From positions 311,860,001 to 311,924,000 of the forward strand of contig OZ024741.1 of NCBI GenBank assembly GCA_964016885.1: a stretch of 64,000 nucleotides of DNA, in the 5' to 3' direction. Each line of letters begins with the position of its first letter. Within the stretch, counting starts at the first letter, position 1. Both the position numbers and the translations under genes were made by a program. Below are positions 27,099 to 39,829 of the stretch, piece by piece. This DNA is from Eledone cirrhosa. Lineage: Eukaryota. The notes below the pieces were generated by a model, which saw only the letters and a list, made by a program, of their open reading frames with translations, did no database searches and was not told where the DNA came from.

Positions 27099-30000
27099 TT
27101 ACACACACATATGTGTGGGTTATGGGGGGGGGGCGTTCTTTAGCAGACGATATATGTTACCATGAAAGCTTATTTTCTACATATGCTAAAGTAATCACAG
27201 ATGCTTTTATAGAAGTTCTATATATGTATTTAACAGACAAAAAACAAACAAAAAAAAAACCGTATTTTTAAAAGATATTATTTGAATATATTATTTTTCG
27301 TTGTTATTTGAATTAACACACAATATTTTTGTTTGTAGTGTTTGTCGTTATTTTGGATACAATCTGAAATCCCAATATTTGCTACATATGTCTAAAATTA
27401 ATTACACCTAATATACATTCATATAAAGACAACATTACTGAGTGAACAATACATTCTATAGTTGTTTCTATTTCGGAAAGAGTGTGGTGTGTAATAATTG
27501 TTTCTACTTTTGGCACAAGGCCAGCAAGTATTCCAGTGCATTACTGGTACTTTATTTTATCGTATGGTGTGTAATAATATCACTTCAAATGCCTAGAAAA
27601 CGTTCCAGATCATTATATGGAAGGTCATCTTGAGCGGCTAAGAGAAAGAAAACACAGTGATCTGAAGAAAGTGAAGAAATTAGGCATGCCCGTCTAGCTG
27701 CTAACAGAGCCCAAACAGCTTTAGCACGAGCACACCGTTTGGATGAAAGGAAACAAAAGACTGCTGCTACATGAGAACAACAATTTAAGGAACAGCAGCA
27801 AATCAGACGAAATGCTAATCAAGCACATCGTTCTACTGCCCGAGCAGCAGAACAAGCCATAAGTAAAATGAACAGGCTGATGGGTTCTTTTCCTTATGAC
27901 CCCCAAAAGGACTACATCAGTAATCCACAAATCAACATTAAGAAAATGAACAAATGCTGCCAGTATTGTTGCGCCAAGAAGTGGGCAGTAGAACACCAAG
28001 TCTATGCTGTTCAAAAGGCAAAGTGAGCCTTAAAACAATACAAGACCCTCCTGAATGTCTGAAGATTCTGCTCCTTCCGCATATACCAGAAGCACAACAC
28101 TTCAATAAATACATTATAAAATATAATTCTGCATTTCAAATGACATCTTTTGGGGCTGACAGGAATGTGACTGACTTTACATTCTGTACAACTTATAAAA
28201 TTCAGGGAGAGTTTTACCACTTAATGGGTGGCCTTCTGCCACTTTCACAGGAGCCTCACAAATTTGTGAAAGTTTTCTTCATGGGTGGAAATGAAACACA
28301 GGCACAACAAAGATGTACCAATGTCCATGGTGGATTGCAGTTTTACATAGTCATAAAGTTATCACATGTACGTCAGTGTATTTAAATATGCAATGGAGAA
28401 ATGAACAACTCTAGAGATACTAAAATCATCATTTGGTCAGACAAACGCCCAACTTCAGATCATGAACGCAGATTCAATGCACCTGTCACTGATGAAGTTG
28501 CAATCATAATTGTTGATGAACAGCATGAACGACGTGACATTGTTTTTTAAAAATGAAGTGGACATTTGGAGCGAATTTTTGAAACTCCTAGTACCTATGA
28601 TTCATTCCAATATCCGCTCATCTTTTGGAATGGTCAAGATAGATATCATTTTCAGCTACGGCAAATCAGCCCAGGAACGGGACAAGAAACTAGCCGATCA
28701 AACAGCTGCAAAGAATTCTATGCTTATCATTTCATGGTACGTGATCACCTCAACCAAGTTGTGCAAATTCAAAGAAGTAACCAGCCAGTTCATGGTGGAC
28801 ATGTATACCAAATTTGAAACAGAAAGATTGGGTTTTCTGCGAAGTAATCAAACTAAGTTGAGGGCAGATAACTACATCCACCTTAGAGATGCCATCAATT
28901 CTGATGTTGACCCAAGAAATATTGGCCAGCCAGTCATACTACCATCAAGCCTCACGGGAGGACCACGTTACATGCAACGGAAGGACCACGGTACATGCAA
29001 CATACGCAAGATTCAATGGCTTATGTCATAAAATTTGGTCAGCCAGATCGCTTCATTACATTTACATGAAATTCAGACTGGTCGGAAATATCAAATGAAT
29101 TATTTCAAAATCAAAAACCAAAGGATCGACATGACCTCGTTGCTCGGATTTTCCATGAAAAGCAAAATATATTCATCTGGCTCGTAAAGTAAGGAAGAAT
29201 ATTTGGTGCGCTTAGTTCTTGGATGACCACTATTGAGTGGCAGAAGAGAGGTCTTCGTCACTCTCACACACCAATCTGGTTCAAGGAGAAGACAAGACCA
29301 GATGATGTTGATAAGATCATTTCAGCAGAGTTGCCTGATAAAGGTGGTGATCCAGAGCTCTTTGAAACCATCAAGTCCAAACTCATTGATTTTCCATGTG
29401 GAGTCATCAATCCAGCGTCTCCCTGCATGAAAGATCAAAAATGCAGCATACATTATCCTAGAGCTTTTATTCGGAAAACTCGGACTGACAATAATGGATA
29501 TCCCCTTTATCGTAGGCGTAGACCAGAACATGGAGGCAATAATGAAAGCCTAACAGTTCGAGGAGAAGAACCGACCATAAACAATCAGTGGGTCGTCCCA
29601 CACAACAAATTGTTGCGTACATTTTAAAAAGCTCATATCGATGTTGAGTATTGCAACTGCGTCAAGGCGATCCTATATGTCAGAAAATATATCAGCAAGG
29701 CTACCTTTATTACTGACAAAGAACTCAATGATGGTGGGCTGTATGAGGTCAAATGGTATCAAACAGGTCGATACATCTCCAGCAATGGAGCTATCTGGTA
29801 AATCCTTGGATTTGATATCCCTCAATGCTACCCAACAGTGGTCAACCTCGCAGTCCATCTGGAAAATAGACAGAGAGTGCACTTCATTGAGATCACTGCT
29901 CATCAGTTGGCACAAGCATCATATGGCACTACCCTAACTGCTTTCTTTAAACTCTGCCAGAATAATGAATTTGTTCGATCCCTCCTATATGCTGAAGAGC

Positions 30001-32912
30001 CAACATACTACACCTGGACCAATTGCAAGACCTGGAATCGAAAAAGGCAGAGTCATTTAGTGGAAGGTCATGAAGGCAAGTCATGTGATGCTATTGGGTG
30101 TATTTACAATGTCCATCCCTACAACAGAGAATGTTTTTATTTACGTCTACTTCTGCATACTGTTCGAGGACCAACGTCATTTGAGGATCTTAGGAGTGCG
30201 CAACATACCAAGATCTCATGTAAACAGCATGGACTCTTGCATGACAATGGACACTGGGAGATGTGCCTAGAAGAAGCAGCAATCACTCAAGTAGCCAGTC
30301 AAATAAGACAATTATTTGCTATTATGCTCACAGCATGTGGAATTGATGAAGCTTATCTACTCTGGCAGGAGTACAAAAACAATATGTCGGACGACTACCT
30401 ACACCTAGCCATAAGACATCATGGCAATATGTATATGGAATATACACCCAGGATTTACAATCAAGCTCTCTGTGACCTGTCCCATCGAGTTCAGGCAATG
30501 AATAGCACATTAGCTAACTGCGGGATGCCAGAGCCAGAGGAAGAAATGGAGGTAGCACAAGACATTTTTCAGGAGACAAACTACGACATTCAAACATTGC
30601 GTAAGTTTGTGGATGAAAATGAACCACGATTGATGGATGACCAGGAGTAAGCCTACCATAACATCATCGAAAACATTCAAATTGACAGTGATGACTTTTC
30701 TTCAGCGATGATCCTGCTGGCACAGGCAAGACATTCCTCATAAACCTCCTCCTTGCAGAAGTTCGCCAAAAGCAATATATTGCCCTTGCTGTGGCTTCAA
30801 GTGGCATTGCAGCAACACTTCTGGATGGAGGAAGAACTGCATACTCCATGTTTAAGCTGCCCATAGATCTCACACGGCATGAACAATCTTTTTGCAACAT
30901 CAAGAAGAACTCACCCAAGGGCAAGCTTCTGCAAACATGCAAGATAATAATTTGGGATGAAGCTACTATGAGCCATAAAGGAGCAATTCATTTGAAGCTT
31001 TGGACCGGATGATAAGGGATCTGAGAGAAAATAGTTGCATAATGGGAGGAGTGACAATGGTTCTTGCTGGTGATTTCAGACAACGTTTGCCTGTATTTCT
31101 TCGTGGGACTCGTGCTGATCAGATCAATGCCAGTCTGAAAACATCCTATCTCAGGCCCCACTTTCAGCTGCTGAGCCTTACAACCAACATGCGAGTGCAC
31201 TTAACTGGGAAACTTAAATTGGGAAATGGACCTCTTGAAAAGGACTCCAATAACCATATTCAGTTGTCCTTTGGCCATATCCTTGACACAGAACAAGAAC
31301 TGATTGCCAGAGTGTTTCCAAACATTCAGACCAGGCAATGTGATCCGAAATGGCTCAGTGAACGAGCAATCTTATCACCTAAAAATGTTGCTGTGAAAGA
31401 AATCAACAGAAGGCTGCTGGAGATGTTACCGGGAGAGAAAATATGCTACAAATCAGTTGACACAATCACTTCTCAAGACCACATTGTAAACTATCCAAGT
31501 GAATTTTTGAACAGTATTGAACAAGCGGGAATTCCTCCACACAACCTGATACTGAAGCTTGGAGCATCGGTTATGCTACTTCGCAATCTGTATCCTCCAA
31601 AGCTTTGTAATGCCACAAGAGTCATCATCAACATTATGATGTCCAGTGTTCTAGAAGTTGCAATCATGTCAGGAAAATTTGCTGGTGACAATTGTTTCAT
31701 TCCCAGAATACCTCTGAAGCCAACTGATTTGCCATTTGAATTTCAAAGACTTCAATTTCCGATCAGGCTCAGTTTTGCCATGACCATTAATAAATTTCAA
31801 GGGCAAACATTAAAAGCCGTTGGGTTGAATCTGGCAGATCCTGTCCTTTTACATGGACGACTCTATGGTACAACAAGTGTTGTGAACCCTGATTGTCTCT
31901 TCATTGTGGCACCACAGGGCAAAACCAAGAATATTGTTTATCCAGAGGCTTTGGAATGAGCAATGTCGTAATTCCTCATTCAATGACAATACACACACAT
32001 CCTAATTCCTTAGTCATGTAGTTTGCAAGGAATTCTGAAGCCGCAAATTTACTGCATGGTGTTCATTAGGAAGAATATGCAGGCATTCCCGGGTCACTCT
32101 GCTATATAAAGTAGTATAAGTGAGGACTTTGTTGGGTACAAATAGCAGCCAAATTGCAATCAAATCCCACCTTACTTTCTCTGGTATGTATATATGTATG
32201 AAGCAAAAAGATATGGTTCTATGTGATAACTCGACCTACTAGAAATATTAACAAAATCCATTTCAAATCACACATACATGTGTGTGTATGTATCTATGTA
32301 TGTCATGTGAGCTACTATAACTGTTGGTATAGCTAATAGAAATAGAAAACAAATCTCCCTCAAACAAGATCCTACTGGCATAGAGGCAAAGATTTGCGAA
32401 AGCTACAGTGTACAAATTTAAATACACTTTCTCTGAATTACAGTAGTGAGTAAGTAAATGCATCATTCAATCATAAACCAATGCTAAATTTATTTTCTCA
32501 TTTTATTTATGGTTTTTAAAATAGTCTTTACATGCTGTTTGAATTTCAGAGGTTCAGATTAGGCAAAAAAAAGAATAAATAAAAGAATGAAAAGGATAAA
32601 TAAATAAAATCTAAATGTATTTTTGGGGTCATGGTCTTTTCGCTGACAACATACCTAAAGATTAATCTATGAGTAAAGCATTATATATGCTGACTGTAAT
32701 AGGGAGCGGTATTCAAAAAATCACCACTGGAAAAAACTAATACTTTTATCTAGATGATTTACTTTGACCAAACGGCAATAATTATTCTACTATAATTCCT
32801 ACTTTGGTTAAAATTCAGCAATCATATTTGAATGGTCAAATATTTTGTAATGTGTGCCAAATATATTGTAACTTTCATAAAATACCCGGGTATCACCTCG
32901 TAGCTCAGCTAG
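27098..32912 (+). mobile_element. Helitron family 1, copy B, full length (RepHel 27589-31959, many stops and frameshifts)
   Basis: ILPSSLTGGPRYM, IEWQKRGLRHSH, PAGTGKT, IIWDEA, GDFRQ, MTINK.QGQTL, NIVYPEAL; 3' end TACCCGGG...CAGCTAG|T at 32909-32912. Confidence 0.93.
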
Positions 32913-33866
32913 TATATATATAAATGCATGTTTACGATTCTGTATTTGCGCATAAAACTAGCAAACTACCGGACCCAAAACCTCAGAATTACGTGTACAT
33001 ATTCACTATACACTCGGACAGGTAACAGTCGAAAAACTTTTACTTTACAAAGCAACGAATTCATTTAAATTCAATTCATCTTATTTTCTAATGAATATCA
33101 AAAGAGATAATCCATTTTGTGTTTTTATGTATCCTATGTGTAGTTAACAGAGTGAGGGATGGGAGAGAAAGAGTGAGAGTGGGAGATGGGAGAGAGAGTA
33201 AGCGGTTGAGAGAGAAAGAGAGAGAGTGAGTGGATGGGAGAGAGAGTCAAAGGGGATGTGAGAGAGAAAGAAAGAGAGTAAGGGATGAGAGAGAAAGAAA
33301 GAGAGTGGGAGATGGGCGAGAGAGAGTAAGGGGATGTGAGAGAGGAAGAAAGAGAGTAAGGGAATGAGCTAGAATGACGATGAAAGAAAGAGAGGGAAAG
33401 CAGCAAGCGGTTTTAACTTTTATTTATATATTATTTATAAACAATTTTTAACTTTCCCGCTTCCTTAACGTCATTTAACTTTTCTTTATTTGTTGTTGTC
33501 TATTCTGTAGAGAGAGGGGGGATGTGAGCGAGAAAAAGAAAGAGAGAGAGAGCGTGATGGGATGGAAGAGAGAGAGAGGGAAAGCTGCCAGCATTCATTA
33601 ACTTTTTTTTATTTATTATTTTTGCACACTTCTCAACTCTCCCAATGTTATTTATCTTTTATTTATTTTTTGTTCGCTATTGTGTAGAGGATGAGAGAGA
33701 GAAAGAAAGCGAAGAGATGAGAAAGAGAAAGGGAGTGAGCCGGGTAGGGTGATACAGACAATAAGAAAAGAGAAAAGATGGGAGAGACAAAAAAAGTAAT
33801 GAGGCAGGAGAGAGGGAGGGTGATTGGGGGGATTCTTTACATAACGTGTGTCCGCATTTAAATATA
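32913..33866 (-). repeat. Second copy of segment S (inverted)
   Basis: Diverged reverse complement of 18381-19338. Confidence 0.8.
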
Positions 33867-34216
33867 CTAGCAGAAAAACCACCTTCGGGTAGTTTTCTGC
33901 TGGCATGTGTAGTGTGTATATTGATATTATACGCAGTTATTTAAACATGTAGATATGATACATCAAATAAAATTGGAATTGAGAACATATAGAATATATA
34001 GAAATTGAACGAAGACTTATGTAATCAGTAACGTAATCCCTGATACATTAAAAAAGACGATATTATATATAAACTGCATTAGGAGAAAATTAGTGACGGA
34101 AAATTAGTTTGTTTATTTAAGCGATCGCCACCGGAAGTTGACATTTCATAAATTTTAAGGATAAAAATAATAAACCGTACGCAATTGCGCAGAACTTCTT
34201 TTATTATAGTTTAGAT
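33867..34216 (-). mobile_element. Short non-autonomous Helitron-like element (family 3); partial second copy at ~42600-42860 (+)
   Basis: Minus strand starts A|TCTAAACTATAATAAAAG and ends with hairpin GCAGAAAACTACCC-GAA-GGTGGTTTTTCTG then CTAG|T; internal match to 42.6-42.86 kb. Confidence 0.6.
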
Positions 34217-34383
34217 ATTTACATACACATGTGTGTTATGTGGTGGTGGTTGGTGGGGGGCGTTCTTTACCAAACGATATATGTTACCATCAAAGCTTAT
34301 TACATATATTATTATTGTATGTATATATATATATATATATTAAAATATAGAGAAAAGTACTGCAGGTAGCACATGGTAACATG

Positions 34384-34498
34384 TAATAAAATACGTCCCT
34401 CATCAGTGATTTGCCGAAGATCATAGATATTTCATTGCATTATGCAATGAAATATCTATGATCTTCGGCAAATCACTGATGAGGGACGTATTTTATTA
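34384..34498. repeat. Perfect 115-bp palindrome (57-bp arms, 1-nt centre)
   Basis: 34384-34440 is the exact reverse complement of 34442-34498; each arm contains CTGATGAGGGACG. Confidence 0.95.
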
Positions 34499-35004
34499 TA
34501 TATATATATATATATATACGAAGTCGAAGTCCTGGATGTCGCGGTATCAATCGTAGAAAAATGTTCTTCATCTTAGTCTTTTCGCATAAAGGTCGATTTT
34601 TTGCGTGAGCATCCGAAGGTATTCTTTTCGTATTGGCCTACAAAGCAACAGCAACTAAATATAGCAGCTGTTTTACACTCTATAGTTTTTATTTTTTGTC
34701 ACTTATCACTATCCAATTTTATATTTTTATATAACTTTCTCTTATTTTTTTATTGTCTCCTAATCTCAATTGATTTACCCATTCTATAACGTCCCTCCTC
34801 CATCTTCGCCAGAACACTTTTTCACCTACCTCCTCTGGGCTACTTCATTCACAATCCTCAGAATTTGCCGTATAGATTTCACTTTCAACGCTTGACCAGC
34901 TCCACCCACTCCCTCATTGTTCTACAGGCAAGTTCAGCGACCCCACCTCGCACCCACTGCCATGATAGACTTATTTGTGTTTACAACAAATTTTGACCAA
35001 TCCT

Positions 35005-35130
35005 CTTGACATCTACAATCTTCCCATATAAGGAAGTACACCGTGAAAATTTCGGCTATTTATTTACTAGACTAAACATTCTAATTTAGTCCAGAAATAG
35101 CCGTCGAAACGTCGGGGTCATACTTTTTCC
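35005..35130 (+). repeat. Decayed copy of hammerhead family H2 (helix III collapsed to GAAACGTC)
   Basis: Aligns to the reverse complement of 39432-39570; core mutated to GTGAAAA. Confidence 0.65.
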
Positions 35131-35195
35131 TATATATGTATATATATAATTATTAATTCAAAATATTAACAAATTAGATATTCTTGTGAACAAGT

Positions 35196-35256
35196 TTATT
35201 TAATTATACATATTTCATAGTTAAGTTCAACAGTACGTCCTCATCAGATAAAATAA
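35196..35256 (-). ncRNA. Minimal type I hammerhead-like motif (family H5)
   Basis: TTATTTTAT-CTGATGA-...-GAAATATGTATA-ATTAAATAA: helix I 8/9 pairs, short helix III, weak helix II. Confidence 0.4.
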
Positions 35257-35411
35257 GATGCTGCATGGCATACCCTGACATAGTAGATGGTGAAGATTCA
35301 GTGATGGTAGTAAAACTCATTATTTGATGTAGTCAATAAACCTTGTTTAACTTTTAAATATATATATATATATATATAGTTAAAAGAATAGAGGTGTAAC
35401 ACACAAGTTAT

Positions 35412-35897
35412 TATATATTGGTAAACGGAATAGAAAATGCTGACAAATTGTTCACAGTTGAAAAATGGTTTAATTAGGAATAAAAGAGTATTAGTGATTG
35501 TATGGGTTAGTATTCAGTTGTGGTTTTAAGTTTTTAAGTTTTTACCGGTTGCGCATTTCTAAATGCTTTTCAAAAATAATTTTGAGATAGAGTGTCCGTG
35601 CTGTTTGCTCTGATCTGATTAGTTTTGGGAATTCTACCTGTTTTTATGTTAAAAAAATGGCTCCAGCGTTATTTTTGTGTTGCAAAAATGCTTGTGGTCA
35701 AAACAATTTTGATTGGTCGGTAGAGGTCATGTGAATGTAAAAAGTTGATTTTGCGCCAAGACTGTTTTTATGTTAAAATGTTAGAAAAGTGGCTCCAGCA
35801 AAAATTATGGTCAAAACAATTTTGATTGGTCGGTAGAGGTCATGTGGATAAAAATTTGGTTTTGCGCCAAGATTGAGAAATGACTCTTTCACAACAA

Positions 35898-35971
<74 letters not shown>

Positions 35972-36042
35972 TAGTAGTAGTAAGGTGTTCGATGCTGCGA
36001 CAATAGCCACCAGCGATGTGTGTCAAATGGCTATTAAGATAA

Positions 36043-36074
<32 letters not shown>

Positions 36075-37665
36075 ACATACACACAGCAGAGTCATTCGAA
36101 GGTCAAAAGATGTTTTTCAGCTTTTGTCTTATACGCAGAAGTGCGTGTGTGTGTGTGTGTGTGTATAAGTCTCTTTGTATGTTGATGTCCGCGTGTGTAT
36201 GTGTTTGTGTATATATGTGTGTGTGTGTGTGTGCGTGTGTGGGTGGACCAGTATTTTTCCCCCCTGGTAAAATGGTGTACATTATTCGATTTTTTCAGTA
36301 AAATCGGTTCTCTTAATAGAACATCAACAATCTTAACAATAAAAGGTGTGAAATGATGTTCACTATATATATATACACACACACACACACATATATATAT
36401 TTTCACTACATATATATATATATATATATACATATATACATACATATATATGCACATATATTTTTTTGTATTGCACCATAGAGCATGTGTGTTTACGTGT
36501 GTCATTGTGTTTATATGTGGGTAGAGATGTGTGCTGATGTAGGTATGTATGTTGACGATATCATAAAGAGCAAAAGACAATCCAAGTCAATGAAAAACAT
36601 CTTAACACATGCCAAAGTACTGCCAACCACAGCAACGAAACCCACAGTAAAAAAATGCGAAAGACCCAACTGTGGCATTTGCATCAACCTAATAGAGGGT
36701 TCGGAATTATATTTCAAAGATGGACAACGTTTTATAGTAAAACACAATTTCACATGTGCATCGGAAAATTTAATATATGTATTAACTTGTTCAGGTTGTC
36801 GAGAACAATACATAGGCCAGACCAAAAACAGCCTCCGCCAACGCATGACTGTCCATAGATCCCAAATTAAAATACGGGAATACAGGAAAATACCACTGAG
36901 TGAACACATTGATACCTGCGCCGCCCAAAATCATCCCAACTTCAGAATCTTTCCCCTCTACAAATTTAAAGATAATGCCACCCACACCCAGCGCATCAGC
37001 AAGGAATCTTACTTCATTAACAAATACGGACCCCGTCTAAACACTTCTCCCTAAGACGAACCCACAACATACACACGTCAACATACATACCTACATCAGC
37101 ACACATCTCTACCCACATATAAACACAATGACACACGTAAACACACATGCTCTATGGTGCAATACAAACAAATATATGTGCATATATATGTATGTATATA
37201 TGTATATATATATATATATATGTAGTGAAAATATATATATGTGTGTGTGTGTGTGTATATATATATAGTGAATATCATTTCACACCTTTTATTGTTAAGA
37301 TTGTTGATGTTCTATTAAGAGAACCGATTTTACTGAAAAAATCGAATAATGTACACCATTTTACCAGGGGGGAAAAAAATACTGGTCCACCCACACACGC
37401 ACACACACACACACACACATATATACACAAACACATACACACGCGGACATCAACATACAAAGAGACTTATACACACACACACACACACACGCACTTCTCC
37501 GTATAAGACAAAAGCTGAAAAATATCTTTTGACCTTCGAATGACTCTGCTGTGTGTATGTACACGCACACACACACACAGACACACACACACACTTATCT
37601 TAATAGCCATTTGACACACATCGCTGGTGGCTATTGTCGCAGCATCGAACACCTTACTACTACTA

Positions 37666-37731
<66 letters not shown>

Positions 37732-38207
37732 TTGTTGTGAAAGAGTCATTTCTCAATCTTGGCGCAAAACCAATTTTTTATCCACATGACCTCTACCGAC
37801 CAATCAAAATTGTTTTGACCATAATTTTTGCTGGAGCCACTTTTCTAACATTTTAACATAAAAACAGTCTTGGCGCAAAATCAACTTTTTACATTCACAT
37901 GACCTCTACCGACCAATCAAAATTGTTTTGACCACAAGCATTTTTGCAACACAAAAATAACGCTGGAGCCATTTTTTTAACATAAAAACAGGTAGAATTC
38001 CCAAAACTAATCAGATCAGAGCAAACAGCACGGACACTCTATCTCAAAATTATTTTTGAAAAGCATTTAGAAATGCGCAACCGGTAAAAACTTAAAAACT
38101 TAAAACCACAACTGAATACTAACCCATACAATCACTAATACTCTTTTATTCCTAATTAAACCATTTTTCAACTGTGAACAATTTGTCAGCATTTTCTATT
38201 CCGTTTA

Positions 38208-38217
<10 letters not shown>
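35412..38217 (+). mobile_element. Neptune-like PLE fold-back element: ~1.14-kb near-perfect inverted repeats around a GIY-YIG ORF
   Basis: 35412-36557 is the reverse complement of 37076-38217 with few differences; the 518-bp loop carries the endonuclease; TA-rich flanks. Confidence 0.9.
36590..37054 (+). CDS. Intact Cys-rich linker + GIY-YIG endonuclease (Neptune-like PLE C-terminus), 154 aa from the in-frame ATG
   Basis: CERPNCGIC...FTCASENLIYVLTCSGCREQYIGQTKNSLRQRMTVHR...SEHIDTC...KESYFINKYGPRLN; catalytic Tyr/Arg/Glu/Asn pattern present, no stops. Confidence 0.8.
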   Translation: MKNILTHAKVLPTTATKPTVKKCERPNCGICINLIEGSELYFKDGQRFIVKHNFTCASENLIYVLTCSGCREQYIGQTKNSLRQRMTVHRSQIKIREYRKIPLSEHIDTCAAQNHPNFRIFPLYKFKDNATHTQRISKESYFINKYGPRLNTSP

Positions 38218-38270
<53 letters not shown>

Positions 38271-38271
38271 G

Positions 38272-38336
<65 letters not shown>

Positions 38337-38688
38337 GGAATAGAATGAAAGGAAATTTCATTTCTCACTCTTAGTATGGCACTTACTTAAATGTAAGTAT
38401 GTATGTATACATACATACATATATGTATACAGACGTACAGTAGCATGTATATATATACATACAGGCACACATATATATATGCACGTATCAGTTTACCGAA
38501 CATTTATTATAATGCTCGGTTTGTTCGTTTGTAAACAAACAAACAGCCTGAATTACGCCGTACAGTGTTTAGGCAACCACGTCACCTTTTTGTTAATAAA
38601 AGATAATCCTTAGCGAGATATATATAACGGAGTTAAATAATCTTGTTTTAATATATATACAATAAATCTTTTTTTAATATATATACAG

Positions 38689-38745
38689 GGTGCCCCAGCA
38701 TGGCCTCAGCCGGATGGCTGAAACAGGTAAAAGGGTAAAAGAGTA
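38689..38745 (+). mobile_element. Short SINE/LINE 3' tail
   Basis: GTGCCCCAGCATGGCC...GGCTGAAACAGGTAAAAGGGTAAAAGAGTAA with a tandem-repeat tail; resembles recalled cephalopod SINE tails. Confidence 0.4.
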
Positions 38746-39353
38746 ATGGCTGCAACTTGATCATTTTGAGTAATGCCAGGGCTTTGTACTTAAGCATGAG
38801 CATCACGGATGTGGCTTTTTAGCCATGCTAGGTACTTGCCTATGGCCGGCAATAACATGCATCGCAAAAATATCACTTATTGAGCAATGTCTGTGCTTGC
38901 AGCTATTTGAACTGAGGAAAGGCTTTGCACGCATCCAATTCCACTCCCTGAAACCCGAATGTATTTTCCCCAAAAGAAGAACTGGTCAACATCATTGGAT
39001 ACAAAGGAAGTTGCAAGGTTTATTATATCAGAGTGACCTTCTTCTAGAGAGATTTCTTAATGAAGACTGGAGTCTCTACCCTCATAATATATATATATAT
39101 AACAGTATAGAACCAGTTTGAAACTAGTTGGACTATTAATGTACAGAGTACTCGATACTTGGCATAGTAGCGTATGAGAATCCAGCCAGATCTACCTATA
39201 AACATACATGAATTGAAAAATGCTTCGGGTGAATCGCTTAATGTCAAGTTTGGTTTCCTAAAATCTATACACAACTCACCAATTAGACTGAGTGCTCTAC
39301 TGTTGTTGGATATAACCTCCCGTTTTTTAACACTACATATGTATATATAAAAG

Positions 39354-39422
<69 letters not shown>

Positions 39423-39443
39423 GTATATATAGGAAAAGTATGA

Positions 39444-39537
39444 CCCCGACGGCAGAGCTCATGCCGTTTCGACGGCTATTTCTGGACTAAATTAGAACTT
39501 TTAGCCTGGTGAATAAATAGCCGAACTTGTCAAGGGG
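39444..39537 (-). ncRNA. Type I hammerhead ribozyme, U3-A8 core variant (family H2)
   Basis: CCCC-UUGACAA-G..CGGCUAUUU...AAAUAGCCG.C-GAA-ACGGCA-UGAGCUC-UGCCGU-C-GGGG: all three helices pair; GUC cleavage triplet. Confidence 0.75.
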
Positions 39538-39829
39538 GTACTTCCTTATATGGGAAGATTGTAGTTGTCCAGAAATAGCCGTCGAAACGGCTTGAGAAGT
39601 ACTGAATACCTCGACCTCGGGATGGTGTCTACATTTTGTGCTTATAAAAAAAAGTCGTCGTAGATTTCCAGGGTTTTTTCCGTGCGAAGAAAATCAATAC
39701 TTTATCGCAAAATAAATACTTTTGTTTATAATTTGTTATTGTGTATACAAAAATATCTGTACACGAATATATAATTATATATATATATAAATAAAGTAAG
39801 AATATTTTCGAAACAGCGATCGATTTTGA

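Noticed and set aside
35432-35478. CTGACAA...GAAA hammerhead-like motif at the outer end of the Neptune arms
   Set aside because: C3-A8 mismatch, no helix I, and antisense to the ORF in the 3' arm
38750-39330. Possible RT remnant (minus strand ELDACKAF) or ORF 38825-39121
   Set aside because: A single short motif amid stops; cannot be supported without a search
35005-39570. H2 copies in inverted orientation as outer arms of the Neptune palindrome
   Set aside because: Asymmetric spacing, much higher divergence than the inner arms and unrelated intervening DNA; likely independent insertions
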